Of a stretch of DNA of 64,000 nt, positions 19,578-29,709 are shown piece by piece. The translations under genes were made by a program, and so were the position numbers. The stretch is from a virus. The notes under the pieces were generated by a model. That model ran no database searches and was not told the DNA's origin. It saw only the letters and a program-made list of their open reading frames with translations. The stretch is from positions 1-64,000 of IMG/VR virus record IMGVR_UViG_3300027798_000016; one strand, written 5' to 3'. Every line of letters begins with the position of its first letter. Position 1 is the stretch's first letter.

Positions 19578-20090
19578 TTATTCACCTACATCACTTGGCA
19601 CATTAGATAAATTTGCCTTGCGTTCTGCTAACCTAGTGGTCTTATTAATGACATTAAGGAAACTTTGGCACTTGGTAATTGTTTCTTCGTACAGTTCAGC
19701 TGGTAATTTTAACATCTGTTCCATATTTTCAAAACTAAACTTTTGTGTCAATGCTTCAATTGCGGCTTTTCTGGCCAATGCTTCTACCCAGAATTCTGGT
19801 TCTGCATTTTCCAAGGCTGTTGCAATGTCTGTGCCAATTTCGGCTTTTAGTTCATTGATTTTTTCTAAAATAATGTTCATTTCATTCAGCACTGACGCTA
19901 GTTCGTCTTCATTGCTGGTTTGCTCGAACAAATTATTCAACGCTTCAATTTCTTGGCAAAGAACAACTAATAGTCTTGGACCGCTGGCCGACCCGTATAG
20001 AAAGTTTTCTCTTTCAAACTTGGTACGGAATGGTACATTCTTCAATAACGCTCTAGAACTGGCTAGAACTTCAACATGTGACAGTTGCAT
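19578..20090 (-). CDS. Hypothetical helical protein
   Basis: 170-aa ORF with AGGAG SD. Confidence 0.7.
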   Translation of the reverse strand: MQLSHVEVLASSRALLKNVPFRTKFERENFLYGSASGPRLLVVLCQEIEALNNLFEQTSNEDELASVLNEMNIILEKINELKAEIGTDIATALENAEPEFWVEALARKAAIEALTQKFSFENMEQMLKLPAELYEETITKCQSFLNVINKTTRLAERKANLSNVPSDVGE

Positions 20091-20146
20091 GGGTAAACTC
20101 CTTTAATAACTTACTATGTATCAAAATATTTTCTGAAATCATAACC

Positions 20147-20176
20147 AAAAAGAAAGGGCGTTGCCGCCCTTTCTTT
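20147..20176 (-). terminator. Intrinsic terminator
   Basis: Minus strand aaagaaagggcg-gcaa-cgccctttcttttt. Confidence 0.85.
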
Positions 20177-20188
20177 GTTTAACAACGA

Positions 20189-20380
20189 TTAAATGTTGTG
20201 TGGTGTACTTCGACCACCAAATGTAGAACTTAAACTGACGGCGCCTGAACTGATGCTAATATAAGCACCAAGTGTACCGCGTAATGCGGTATTTGAGCCT
20301 GCACCTGGGGCCGCATTGCTGTAGCCCTTTTTGACATTAGTAAAAGTCATTGCTGATCCAGTTGCTGGAAGGGTTGGCAT
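20189..20380 (-). CDS. Small fibre-associated protein
   Basis: 63 aa with AGGAG SD, between fibre gene and terminator; LPATGSAMTF..V and SGAVSLSSTFGG half-repeats. Confidence 0.65.
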   Translation of the reverse strand: MPTLPATGSAMTFTNVKKGYSNAAPGAGSNTALRGTLGAYISISSGAVSLSSTFGGRSTPHNI

Positions 20381-20409
20381 AATATATCTCCTTTGCTAGT
20401 TACCTGAGC

Positions 20410-23034
20410 TTAAAGTTCGGTTGTAGCCGAACCGCCTAGCCTAGCAATTTGAGCTGTCAAGGCATCAAGTTGTAGCTGTTGGGCTTTAATTGCTTCGAGC
20501 AACAATGCTGTCAACTTCTCATACTTAACAGTTTTAAAACCTTCAAATGCACTTGGAGCAACCAACTGTGGCAATACTGCTTCAACTTCTTGAGCAATAA
20601 CACCAACTTCTTCTTTGTCAGTAATGCCTAAAGCCAACGCTGTATCATTTGGACGGAAAGTAACACCACGCAAACTCATTACCTTGGCAATAGGATCTGT
20701 AATTGCTTCAATATCTTTCTTCAAGTTAATGTCTGAGTAGTAAGCTGTAATTTCACCTGTAGCAGTGATGCCACCAGAAACTGTTAAAGCACCTGTTGAT
20801 GCTGTACCAAAGCTGACGTTAGAACCTGAACTATAAAAACCGTTACCGTTGGTCAACTGGTTGTTGTTAGTTACATTGGTAGCGCCTGCGGCAATACCAT
20901 TTAACTTAGAAGCAAATGTACTTGTCATGTAACCATCAACTGAAGCTGTAGCGGCTGGCATAGAGATTACAGGAGTTGTGCCACCACTTGATGCTACAGG
21001 ACCAGTTGCTGTAACTGCTGTAACACCAGAACTTGTAACATAACCAGCACCGTTAGTGATTTGGTTATTGTTAGTTGGAATAGTGATTACACCAGTTGTG
21101 CTGTTGTAAGCACCACTACCAGCTACAAAGCTGTGTGCGGCACGAGCCAATGCGTCTGTGTACTGAGTGATTGTGTTGGTTAAGGTAATTGTACCACCTA
21201 AACTTACAGCACCGCCACCACTTAAACCTGTACCAGCTGTAACTGTAACAGAACTGTTTGCTAGTTTTGCGTTGGCAATACTACCAGCCAACATTGCGTT
21301 TGTAACTGCTAAAGCAGAAATTGTCAATGCTGTTGAAGCACCTGTTGTACCTGAACCTGTTACATCACCAGTAAATGTCAATGCGCCACTTGGAATAGAA
21401 ACTGCTGATGTTGTAACTGATGTTACTAGACCTTTTGCATTGACTGTAACTACTGGAATAGATGACGCAGAACCAAATGTTCCAACATTGCTGTTAACAG
21501 TGGCCAATGTAGATGCTGATGATACGCTACCAGATCCATCAAATGCCAAACTTGTCCAAGCTACATCGCCACTCATAGCAATAGTTCTTGCTGTTGCCAA
21601 TGCTGTTGCTGTACTTGCGTTACCAGTTAATGCACCAGTAAAGCCAGTTGAAGTAACTGAAGTTAAACCAGCCAATGTGGTTGATGTTGCACCCAGTGCA
21701 GTTGATGTTGAACCAATTGTAACTGTTGTGTTTGTCAATGAAGTGTTGGGAATACTACCCAAGCTAAAAGCACCAGTTCCACTGCTGTAACTGATACCAG
21801 TTCCACTGCTTCCACTTACTGCGCCACGAGCACGAGTGTTTGTGAAGTATACATTGGTTGTTCCTTCAGCTAAGCCGTCAGTGTTGACTGCGATTGGGTT
21901 GTATGTTGCACCATCATTTGTAAATTGCCAAATGTCTGAACCTTCATTCCAACGAATTGATACATTTGTGTCATCGCCGCGTTCAACTTCAACGCCAGCG
22001 TTTTGTGTTGCGGCACCTGTTGCATCACTGTTTAAAGTGATAATGTTGTCAGCTAGGTTAATTGTGTTTGAGTTAACACTTGTAGTTGTACCGCTGACTG
22101 TAAAGTCACCAGCAACTACCACACCACTGGCATTAACTGTAAGAGCTGTTGAACCGTCAACTGTGACTGTTACAGTACCTGTACCGCTGTCAACCACTGC
22201 AACGCTTGAGTTACCTTGTTGAATGCTTGTTGTGCTGATGTTGCTGATAGCTGTGTCAACATAAGTCTTAGTGGCCGCATCGTTAGCACTGCTTGGAACA
22301 CCAAGACCGATAACTTTGTTACCGTTCATTTCAATGCTGTCACCAAAGTTAACTTTGATACCTGCGCTGTCAGTAATGTTCTTACCGGCTGCGATTTGCA
22401 TTGTACCGTCAATGTTGACGTTTGTTGAGCTTGAACCCAACTGTAAAATACCTGTACCAAGTGTTTTGATACGGATGTTTTGGTCCTGATCAGCACTGAA
22501 TGTGATTGTACCTGTGTCGTCTTCTAGAACTTTACTACCGTTAACATACAAAGAACCTGGACCAACATAGATATCTCTCCATTGGAAGCTTGCACTACCT
22601 AGGTCATATGTGATGTCTGAACTTGGAACAATGCTACCAGTGATACCGACATTGCCAGTTAATGTTAAACCAGCAAATGTTGGGCTTGCACTTGTTGTAA
22701 GTGATTGTGTGGTTGTAATAACACCAGTTGATGAATTGTAGCTGATGCTACCTGTTCCACTTAGTGCGGCTCTTGCGCGAGCATTGGTGAAATATAAGTT
22801 ACTTGGTGCTGATGCTTTTTCTAATACATCATCTGCATTTAGAACTACAGCGCCGCCGTATGTGTTGACGGTTGTTACACCACCAATTTCAACAACTGAT
22901 GCTGATCCGTTATTTTTCTTGATAAAAATTCTGCCGTCATATGTATTGATAGCAATTTCGCCTAATTCTAACTGGCCGGTTGTTGGTATCTTTGCCGGTG
23001 TTGAACTACGCTTTAAAATGATTTGATTGGCCAT
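20410..23034 (-). CDS. Tail fibre with C-terminal intramolecular chaperone (peptidase S74-type)
   Basis: N-terminal IILKRSSTPAKIPT..QLELGEIAINTYDG anchor; Ser/Thr/Gly shaft; YYSDINLKKDI...LRGVTF...VGVIAQEVEAVLPQLV...YEKLTALLLEAIK. Confidence 0.9.
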   Translation of the reverse strand: MANQIILKRSSTPAKIPTTGQLELGEIAINTYDGRIFIKKNNGSASVVEIGGVTTVNTYGGAVVLNADDVLEKASAPSNLYFTNARARAALSGTGSISYNSSTGVITTTQSLTTSASPTFAGLTLTGNVGITGSIVPSSDITYDLGSASFQWRDIYVGPGSLYVNGSKVLEDDTGTITFSADQDQNIRIKTLGTGILQLGSSSTNVNIDGTMQIAAGKNITDSAGIKVNFGDSIEMNGNKVIGLGVPSSANDAATKTYVDTAISNISTTSIQQGNSSVAVVDSGTGTVTVTVDGSTALTVNASGVVVAGDFTVSGTTTSVNSNTINLADNIITLNSDATGAATQNAGVEVERGDDTNVSIRWNEGSDIWQFTNDGATYNPIAVNTDGLAEGTTNVYFTNTRARGAVSGSSGTGISYSSGTGAFSLGSIPNTSLTNTTVTIGSTSTALGATSTTLAGLTSVTSTGFTGALTGNASTATALATARTIAMSGDVAWTSLAFDGSGSVSSASTLATVNSNVGTFGSASSIPVVTVNAKGLVTSVTTSAVSIPSGALTFTGDVTGSGTTGASTALTISALAVTNAMLAGSIANAKLANSSVTVTAGTGLSGGGAVSLGGTITLTNTITQYTDALARAAHSFVAGSGAYNSTTGVITIPTNNNQITNGAGYVTSSGVTAVTATGPVASSGGTTPVISMPAATASVDGYMTSTFASKLNGIAAGATNVTNNNQLTNGNGFYSSGSNVSFGTASTGALTVSGGITATGEITAYYSDINLKKDIEAITDPIAKVMSLRGVTFRPNDTALALGITDKEEVGVIAQEVEAVLPQLVAPSAFEGFKTVKYEKLTALLLEAIKAQQLQLDALTAQIARLGGSATTEL

Positions 23035-23137
23035 TTGAGTATCTACTCCCTTTTTGGTCTATTGATGGGGTTTGTTCCATTCTTTCCAAAGCTATTTACC
23101 AGGACCAACCAATAAACAGGAATAGTACTTAATTATT

Positions 23138-23638
23138 TTAGAATTCACCGCCGTCAACAGCTATGTCTGATTGGGCAATTGAGTCAATTTGGCCAGACTC
23201 GTTTAATGTTATTGTTAGAGTTTTGGTAGAAGCACCGTAGGTTCCAGATAAATCAACTGGACCAATCCTGCTTTCTTTGGCAAATATAATGCTAGACGAA
23301 CCAATTACAACAGGCCCTGATGTAATCAGGATCCATGTTGTTTTTTCGTTGGTAGTTCCTTCTTCCACATACACTTTGGCACCAGAAGTCAGCTCTACAC
23401 CGCTGTCTGCGTCAATTGATCTTGTGAGTCTACTGGTACTTGATGACCAGGAATAAATTCCATTGGTAGTTGCTGGACTTTGACCAGCCAATAATACCCT
23501 GTCTTTGTCGTTCAGCGTTATTCCGTCAATGATGGTCACTGTGTTGGCCAGGGTCAGTGGGGTTCGAAGTGCCACACGAACACTATCTTTGTAGTCAGTT
23601 ACGGCACTGACAAATTGTTTACCTCTGAATATTGGCAT
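23138..23638 (-). CDS. Virion structural / fibre-associated protein
   Basis: DYKDSVRVA...IDGITLNDKDRVLLAGQ...NGIY domain; C-terminal DGGEF. Confidence 0.65.
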   Translation of the reverse strand: MPIFRGKQFVSAVTDYKDSVRVALRTPLTLANTVTIIDGITLNDKDRVLLAGQSPATTNGIYSWSSSTSRLTRSIDADSGVELTSGAKVYVEEGTTNEKTTWILITSGPVVIGSSSIIFAKESRIGPVDLSGTYGASTKTLTITLNESGQIDSIAQSDIAVDGGEF

Positions 23639-23706
23639 TATTGAGCAAATTCCTATGCTTCTTAGCGATAGCTTATTTAGTAAACTTTAGACAATGCAGT
23701 CATTAG

Positions 23707-23737
23707 AAAAGGTGCAAGTTTCCTTGCACCTTTTTTT
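23707..23737. terminator. Intrinsic terminator
   Basis: aaaaggtgcaag-tttc-cttgcaccttttttt; GAAA loop on the minus strand. Confidence 0.85.
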
Positions 23738-23762
23738 AACTAAAATTAGATTTTATTCTAAA

Positions 23763-26700
23763 TTAGTATGTACCACCATCAATTGAGCTGGATTCGTTTA
23801 GAACGCCACCAGCTGTCAAGGTAGAAGTAGAACTTACACGAACAAAGATATAATCGTCTTGTTCCGGAGCCTCAGTCATAACAATACTTGATACACCACT
23901 AACTGTGCTTAGTGAGTAAGAGTATGTAGGTGCTTGGATTAAACCGTTAATAAACACTTGCGTGTTATCAATTGAGCTTACTTCAACGCCTGTACTGAAT
24001 GATGTAGTTGTACCGTTACCAGTGAAGTTTAATGTTGTGGCTGTAACAGCAATGTTCTGTGGAACAAAGTTTTGAGCCGCACTAGACCAAACCAGTGTGT
24101 AACCGTCTTGCAAACCATTTGTTAAATCAACGTCAGACAATGCACCAACGCTGGCGGCTGCAATACGAGCATCTGCACGATTATTCGTGTAATACAAGTT
24201 TGTTGCACCTTCGTCAATTGCATCAGTAGTTGGTGTTACAAAAGTTAATACGCCTGTACCGCTACTGTATGTTAAAATAGTAGCATCATCTGATGTTAAT
24301 GTAATAGCTGAACGAGCCTGAGCATTTGTAAACCATTTGTTTGTACGACCAACATCAGAAATGTCATCACTTGTCAATACAACAACGCCTGTTTGTGAGT
24401 TAACACTATGAACTGCGGCCAATGTACTGATAACACCAGTGGCAGCATCATAAACAATGTTGCTACCGTTGCTGATGCTGTTGCGAGCACGGGCTGTTGT
24501 GAAGTACTGGTTAGTTGAACCTTCTACTACATCATCTGTAGTTGAATTGGCCAAGTTGAATACAAATACACCAGTCGCACCATCATATGACAATACTGAG
24601 TTTTTACTTGTGGTCAAACTAACAGCGCCTCTAGCACGAGTATTGGTAAAGTATTGGTTAACTGGTGAAACACCTTCTGCTACATCATCAGTGACCAGTG
24701 AGTAACTGGCACCCAATGCAATGGCATGACCATTGACTGTGACTGAACTATTTGTCAAACTTGCATTTGGAATACTTGCAAGAGCAATAACACCAGTTGC
24801 TGAGTCATATGTGACTCCGCTTGCTGTTGTTGCGCTTAGGGCTTGACGAATATTTGCATCTGTTACTTTGGCGTATGTGAACACACCTGCGGCATAAGTT
24901 AAATCACCCCAACCAGTACCACTTGTTGCGGCACTAAAGTGAGCGCGAGCTTCGGTAGCACTTGGACCTGTGTATGTAAATGCACCAGTAGCTGAGTCAT
25001 ATGCAAAACTGCCATCACCGCCTGCATCAACTCCACTTACAGTACCACGGGCACGGGCCTGTGTAAAGTACATGGTGCCACTTGTTACTGTTGCGGCTGG
25101 ATCTTCTGTTAGGTCACTGGTGTCATGATTACTAATATCACTTACTTGTCCAGTTACATTACCAGTTAGGTTACCAGTTACATTGCCAGTTACATTGCCA
25201 GTTACAGCACCAGTTAAATCACCAGTGAAACCAGTTGTAGCAGTAATGGTTGTACCTCTTACTGTTGATGCAGTAGTAGCGCCAACTGTTGTACCATCAA
25301 TAGCACCGCCGTTGATATCAACTGTAGTGAATGTACTTGTACCTGTACTGGTGACATTACCTGTAACATTGCCAGTTAGGTCGCCTGTAACATTACCTGT
25401 AACATTACCTGTAACATTACCAGTTAGGTCACCAGTAAATGTAGGAGCTGTCAATGTAGTTGTTACACTTAAACCACCTGTAACAACAACAGACTTGTTG
25501 AAGTTCCAAGTATCTGTACCACTTGCGTATGTCAATGTTGCACTGGCACCATCAACTGTTAAACCAGCACCGTTGGCAGCGGCAGCGTTTGCGGCACCTT
25601 TGGCAACTGTGATGTTTAAGTCATTGATTTCAACAATAGTTGATTGAATAGATGTTAGTGTACCTTGAACTGTCAAGTCACCGCTAACTGTTACATCATT
25701 GAATGTGACGTCACTTGTTGTACCAACTGCTTGACCAATTTCAAAGACACCTGTACCAGCGGTGTATATTACACCTGTGCCACCACTGACATCTGCACGA
25801 GTGCGGGCTGTTGTGTAGTATAGATTTGAGCCTTCTGTCAGATTAGTAGTTGTCTTGGTAGCCAGTTGTGTATCAAATCTTGCTGTTGTGTAGTATAGAT
25901 TTGAGCCTTCTGCAAGATCAGTAGTTGACTTGGTGGCAAGTCTTGTGTCCCATCGTGCGTCTGTCAAGTACTTGTTGGTACCACCAGCGGCTTCAGCAAT
26001 GTCATCGGCGTTTAGTGTCAAACTACCACCCAATGCAAGAGCGTAACTGTTGACTGTGACTGAGCTGTTTGTCAAACTTGCATTTGGAATAGCGGCTAGT
26101 GCAATAACACCAGTTGCTGAGTCATATGTGACTCCGCTTGCTGTTGTAGCACTTAAATTACCACGAACATCAGCGGCTGTTACTTTTGCAAATGTAACTA
26201 CACCGGTTGCTGAGTCATATGTTAATCCACCAAAGCCAGTTCCACTTGTTGCGGCACTTACTGCTTGGCGAATATTTGCATCTGTTACTTTTGCATAAGT
26301 GAACACGCCTGCGGCATAAGTTAAATCGCCCCAACCAGTACCACTTGTTGCGGCGCTTAGGTGAGCACGAACTTCTGTGGCACTTGGACCTGTATATGTG
26401 AAAGCACCAGTGGCCGAGTTATATGCAAAACTGCCATCACCACCTGCATCAACTGCACTAATTGCGGCTTGAGCACGAGCATTTGTAAAGTACATGGTAC
26501 CACTTGATACTGTTGCGGCTGGATCTTCAATGACATCAGTTGTGTCTGGAGCAATAATGTCAATGACACCTGTTCCAGAAGTATAGCTTAGGTTAGCCCA
26601 ACCTGTTGCACTAATTGCGGCACGGGCTCTTGCATCTGTATAATATAAGTTTGTACCTTCAGCAATATCAGTTGTTGATGGCATTACAAAAGTAAACACA

Positions 26701-27638
26701 CCAGTTGAACTGTTATAGGCTAAAATACTAGAGTTGCCAGTTGTTAAACTTACTGCGCCACGGGCTCTTGCATTGGTAAAGTATTGATTTGTTGAACCTT
26801 CACTGATGTCATCTGTATCTAACACTACATCATGAGTTTGTGTGTTAACTGACCAAACTGCGGCTTGTGTACTGATAATACCTGTTGCTGAATCATAATC
26901 AACATTGGCGCCACTGCCAATACTTGTACGAGCACGGGCTGTTGTGAAGTACTGGTTAGTTGAGCCTTCAGCTACTTTATCTGTATTTTGCTTGGCAAAA
27001 GTAAACGCACCAGTACCGCTACTGTATGTTAAAATAGTAGCATCATCTGATGTTAAGCTTATTGCGGCACGGGCTCTTGCATCGCTGAAATATAGGTTAG
27101 TAGTACCTTCTAATACGCCATCGCTGGTAGGATGTGAGTATGTAAACACACCAGTGGTACTGTTATACGCTAATACTGTACCATTGTTAGATGTCAATGA
27201 AATGTCATTGCGGGCACGGCTTGACAAATAGTATAGGTTATTTGAACCTTCTGGTACGTCGTCTGTGCTGTTGATAGTGATTGAATTGATCAATGAATCA
27301 ACATATTGTTTGGTTGTGGCACCTAGGTTAGCAACTGGATCGGCATTTAAAATCAGGAATCCTGACATTGTGTCGCCGGCTTTGGCCAGTTTACCAGCTA
27401 GTGCTGATGTAATGGTTGATGTAAAACTTGCATCATTGTTAATTGCACTTGCTAATTCAGATAGTGTGTCTAACACTTCTGGTGCGGAGTTAATTAAGTT
27501 TGTTACGGATGTTCTAACATAGGCTGTTGTGGCAACCTGGGTTGTGCTTACTTGCTGGGCCGCTGTTGGCGCTGTTGGCGTTCCACGAAGGTCTACTGAA
27601 CTTATGATCGAACTTGACCGGGCTTTGATAATTGGCAT
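23763..27638 (-). CDS. Long repetitive fibre-like virion protein
   Basis: 1291 aa; GTPTAPTA..TQVATTAYV, many EGxxNxY(F/Y)TxARAR repeats, VTGN tracts, C-terminal DGGTY. Confidence 0.8.
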   Translation of the reverse strand: MPIIKARSSSIISSVDLRGTPTAPTAAQQVSTTQVATTAYVRTSVTNLINSAPEVLDTLSELASAINNDASFTSTITSALAGKLAKAGDTMSGFLILNADPVANLGATTKQYVDSLINSITINSTDDVPEGSNNLYYLSSRARNDISLTSNNGTVLAYNSTTGVFTYSHPTSDGVLEGTTNLYFSDARARAAISLTSDDATILTYSSGTGAFTFAKQNTDKVAEGSTNQYFTTARARTSIGSGANVDYDSATGIISTQAAVWSVNTQTHDVVLDTDDISEGSTNQYFTNARARGAVSLTTGNSSILAYNSSTGVFTFVMPSTTDIAEGTNLYYTDARARAAISATGWANLSYTSGTGVIDIIAPDTTDVIEDPAATVSSGTMYFTNARAQAAISAVDAGGDGSFAYNSATGAFTYTGPSATEVRAHLSAATSGTGWGDLTYAAGVFTYAKVTDANIRQAVSAATSGTGFGGLTYDSATGVVTFAKVTAADVRGNLSATTASGVTYDSATGVIALAAIPNASLTNSSVTVNSYALALGGSLTLNADDIAEAAGGTNKYLTDARWDTRLATKSTTDLAEGSNLYYTTARFDTQLATKTTTNLTEGSNLYYTTARTRADVSGGTGVIYTAGTGVFEIGQAVGTTSDVTFNDVTVSGDLTVQGTLTSIQSTIVEINDLNITVAKGAANAAAANGAGLTVDGASATLTYASGTDTWNFNKSVVVTGGLSVTTTLTAPTFTGDLTGNVTGNVTGNVTGDLTGNVTGNVTSTGTSTFTTVDINGGAIDGTTVGATTASTVRGTTITATTGFTGDLTGAVTGNVTGNVTGNLTGNVTGQVSDISNHDTSDLTEDPAATVTSGTMYFTQARARGTVSGVDAGGDGSFAYDSATGAFTYTGPSATEARAHFSAATSGTGWGDLTYAAGVFTYAKVTDANIRQALSATTASGVTYDSATGVIALASIPNASLTNSSVTVNGHAIALGASYSLVTDDVAEGVSPVNQYFTNTRARGAVSLTTSKNSVLSYDGATGVFVFNLANSTTDDVVEGSTNQYFTTARARNSISNGSNIVYDAATGVISTLAAVHSVNSQTGVVVLTSDDISDVGRTNKWFTNAQARSAITLTSDDATILTYSSGTGVLTFVTPTTDAIDEGATNLYYTNNRADARIAAASVGALSDVDLTNGLQDGYTLVWSSAAQNFVPQNIAVTATTLNFTGNGTTTSFSTGVEVSSIDNTQVFINGLIQAPTYSYSLSTVSGVSSIVMTEAPEQDDYIFVRVSSTSTLTAGGVLNESSSIDGGTY

Positions 27639-27716
27639 TTTTTTGTCCTCTTAAAGAATTCTATTGAACTCTGGTTTGGCATTTTTAAGTATGGTGCTAA
27701 CCAACATGAGAATATG

Positions 27717-28883
27717 TTATATTACTAACAGCCAATAGTTTTTCGTTATGTAAACGCTACTGTCACTGGCTGTAACTTTTATTTCATATCTGCTTGGACT
27801 ACTGTTTTGAGGAGCAGTACCAACGATATTACCTCCACTAACTGATAGCCACGAAATTGCGGCTTCTCCATCATATGCTGGATCAATAGTAAAGTTTGTA
27901 GCATTATTTACTCCAATTGGAAAAATAATGCTGTCTCCACCGGAAAATGTTCCGATATAGCTGGTGGAGTCTGTCCAATGTGGCTGATTGGTTCCTACCT
28001 TAATAAGGCCAGGGAACACAAACTCATTGCCACTGGTGTCGACAATTGTCAAATCTTGTGACTGTTGCCAAAAAGCAGTTGACATCAGTGATGTCTCAAT
28101 CATGCATTGCATGGTGTCTGACGTTGGATAGTCAATTCTAGTAACTGCCTTGCCTCCAATTTTCACTGACGTGCCATATGTTATGTCAGTTGCAACAATT
28201 GTGATGGTGGTAAAATTAGAAAGCGTGGCATAATACAATCCAACAATGTTGGGTCTAGGTCTGTCGCTTGAAACTGTGCTCTTCAACACCCTGACTAAAA
28301 TTCTATCATTTTGTTCTGGAGGTTCATCAAATGCAAGTATGTGACCATCAATCAAATTAAAACTGTAAAATGGTTCTTGCTGTATTCCATTGATAGATAC
28401 AACCAGGTTGTTTACACCAGCCACTGACATTTCAAGATCAAATGTCATTGTTGATTCATCACCAGAAAATATTTTTGTGATTGCACTGAATGCTTGTGTT
28501 TGAGTTCTAAAAAGGCCCAGAGCTGAGTCAAATGTAATTACTTGGCCGTCTGTTGGATTTGTAATGTTTACATCAGTCAATGCATTTAAATCTAAATTAT
28601 CAATTTTAAGATCTAACGCTGATTCTGCACCGGTGGCTCGAGTTAACTCTGTTGCAACCTTGTTGTCAACATAAACTTTGTCTGTGATTGTTTGCCAATT
28701 GGCGCCATCAAAGAATTCAGGTTTAGTTACAGTTTGATCAAATCTAACATATCCAGCGGCACTAATCACTGGGCGGTCTGCTTCGGGCCCACTAGGAAGC
28801 TTTAAGGCTCCAGTACCTTCAATTTTTAAAACACCAGATTGTGGTGTTAATGATTCCTGCGAGTGATTAATTTTAATTGTCAT
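27717..28883 (-). CDS. Virion structural protein
   Basis: GALKLPSG...RP..GYVRF, LNALTDVNITNPTDGQV, VSINGIQQEP modules shared with neighbouring fibre proteins; Ig-like C-terminus. Confidence 0.7.
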   Translation of the reverse strand: MTIKINHSQESLTPQSGVLKIEGTGALKLPSGPEADRPVISAAGYVRFDQTVTKPEFFDGANWQTITDKVYVDNKVATELTRATGAESALDLKIDNLDLNALTDVNITNPTDGQVITFDSALGLFRTQTQAFSAITKIFSGDESTMTFDLEMSVAGVNNLVVSINGIQQEPFYSFNLIDGHILAFDEPPEQNDRILVRVLKSTVSSDRPRPNIVGLYYATLSNFTTITIVATDITYGTSVKIGGKAVTRIDYPTSDTMQCMIETSLMSTAFWQQSQDLTIVDTSGNEFVFPGLIKVGTNQPHWTDSTSYIGTFSGGDSIIFPIGVNNATNFTIDPAYDGEAAISWLSVSGGNIVGTAPQNSSPSRYEIKVTASDSSVYITKNYWLLVI

Positions 28884-29428
28884 TACGCTTTACCTGCAAT
28901 CTTTTCTTGACTACGACCATATGCCGCTAAGCCTAGAACAGCACCCATTGCAATGTGGTACAACCCTGCGCCTTGTAAAGTCAGTGGCAACCATTGGCTT
29001 GTTACCTGTCCGCCCTGTATTGATTGTAATACTGACCATAACACTGGAAATATAATAAAGTCTGTGGCACATGTTAACATGTAAAGGACTGCCATCATTG
29101 GGCGCCATTTGCTGTTGATAAAGTCACCAAAGCCACCTGACACTTCAATTGTGGTAGTGCCGCCTTCCTGCATTGCTCCGCCTGCGGCTGAGTTATTAGA
29201 TTGATTTGAAGATCCACCAAAGCCACTGGAACTTCCGAAGCCACTAGAGCTTCCACCAAATCCGCTGGAACTTCCGAAGCCACTGGCTGGCGGTACTGCA
29301 CCAAAACCTGGACTGCTTGTTCCAAATCCTGCGGCAGGTGTACTACTAGCGAATTTATTTGTAATGGATGATTTTGCTGAGGCACTCACCGGTGCTTGAC
29401 TATCATCATAATCGTCTAATTTTGGCAT
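28883..29428 (-). CDS. Putative holin (GTA 3TM-holin-like) with Gly/Ser/Phe-rich N-terminus
   Basis: WRPMMAVLY...hydrophobic segments...LGLAAYGRSQEK C-terminal pattern. Confidence 0.6.
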   Translation of the reverse strand: MPKLDDYDDSQAPVSASAKSSITNKFASSTPAAGFGTSSPGFGAVPPASGFGSSSGFGGSSSGFGSSSGFGGSSNQSNNSAAGGAMQEGGTTTIEVSGGFGDFINSKWRPMMAVLYMLTCATDFIIFPVLWSVLQSIQGGQVTSQWLPLTLQGAGLYHIAMGAVLGLAAYGRSQEKIAGKA

Positions 29429-29438
29429 TGCGGCCTCC

Positions 29439-29642
29439 TTATTTAGGAGTATTTACCAAAGGGGATGTTTTTGCAGTATGTATTTTGGTCCATTTGCCTA
29501 TTGGACAAGATTCGCTTTCTAAAATTATTTTAAAATTTATAAAGCATCCACATTGCCTGCATTGTCTTGCAGGTCTATAGTACCATTCACATTTTTGACA
29601 ATGGCTGGCTCGTTCTAATTTTGTTTTTGTGTTTACAAACAT
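29439..29642 (-). CDS. Small Cys-rich protein
   Basis: R..HCQKC...QCRQCGCFI..K......CPIGKW; TAAGTA 4 nt before the ATG. Confidence 0.7.
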   Translation of the reverse strand: MFVNTKTKLERASHCQKCEWYYRPARQCRQCGCFINFKIILESESCPIGKWTKIHTAKTSPLVNTPK

Positions 29643-29659
29643 GCTGTACTTATGCAATG

Positions 29660-29685
29660 AAAAAGGGCTCCGAAGAGCCCTTTTT
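29660..29685 (-). terminator. Terminator after major capsid gene (cUUCGg loop)
   Basis: Minus strand aaaaagggctc-ttcg-gagcccttttt. Confidence 0.9.
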
Positions 29686-29709
29686 GTATAAACTTAACTA
29701 ATCGGTAGA

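Noticed and set aside
19387-20106. 239-aa + strand ORF, and similar antisense ORFs such as 8414-9112, 21167-21790, 36637-37344 and 6948-7436
   Set aside because: Shadows of well-supported opposite-strand genes, with no SD or recognisable motifs.
20410-27638. Diversity-generating retroelement acting on fibre genes
   Set aside because: No reverse transcriptase in the window; the repeats are all intragenic and do not show adenine-specific mismatches.
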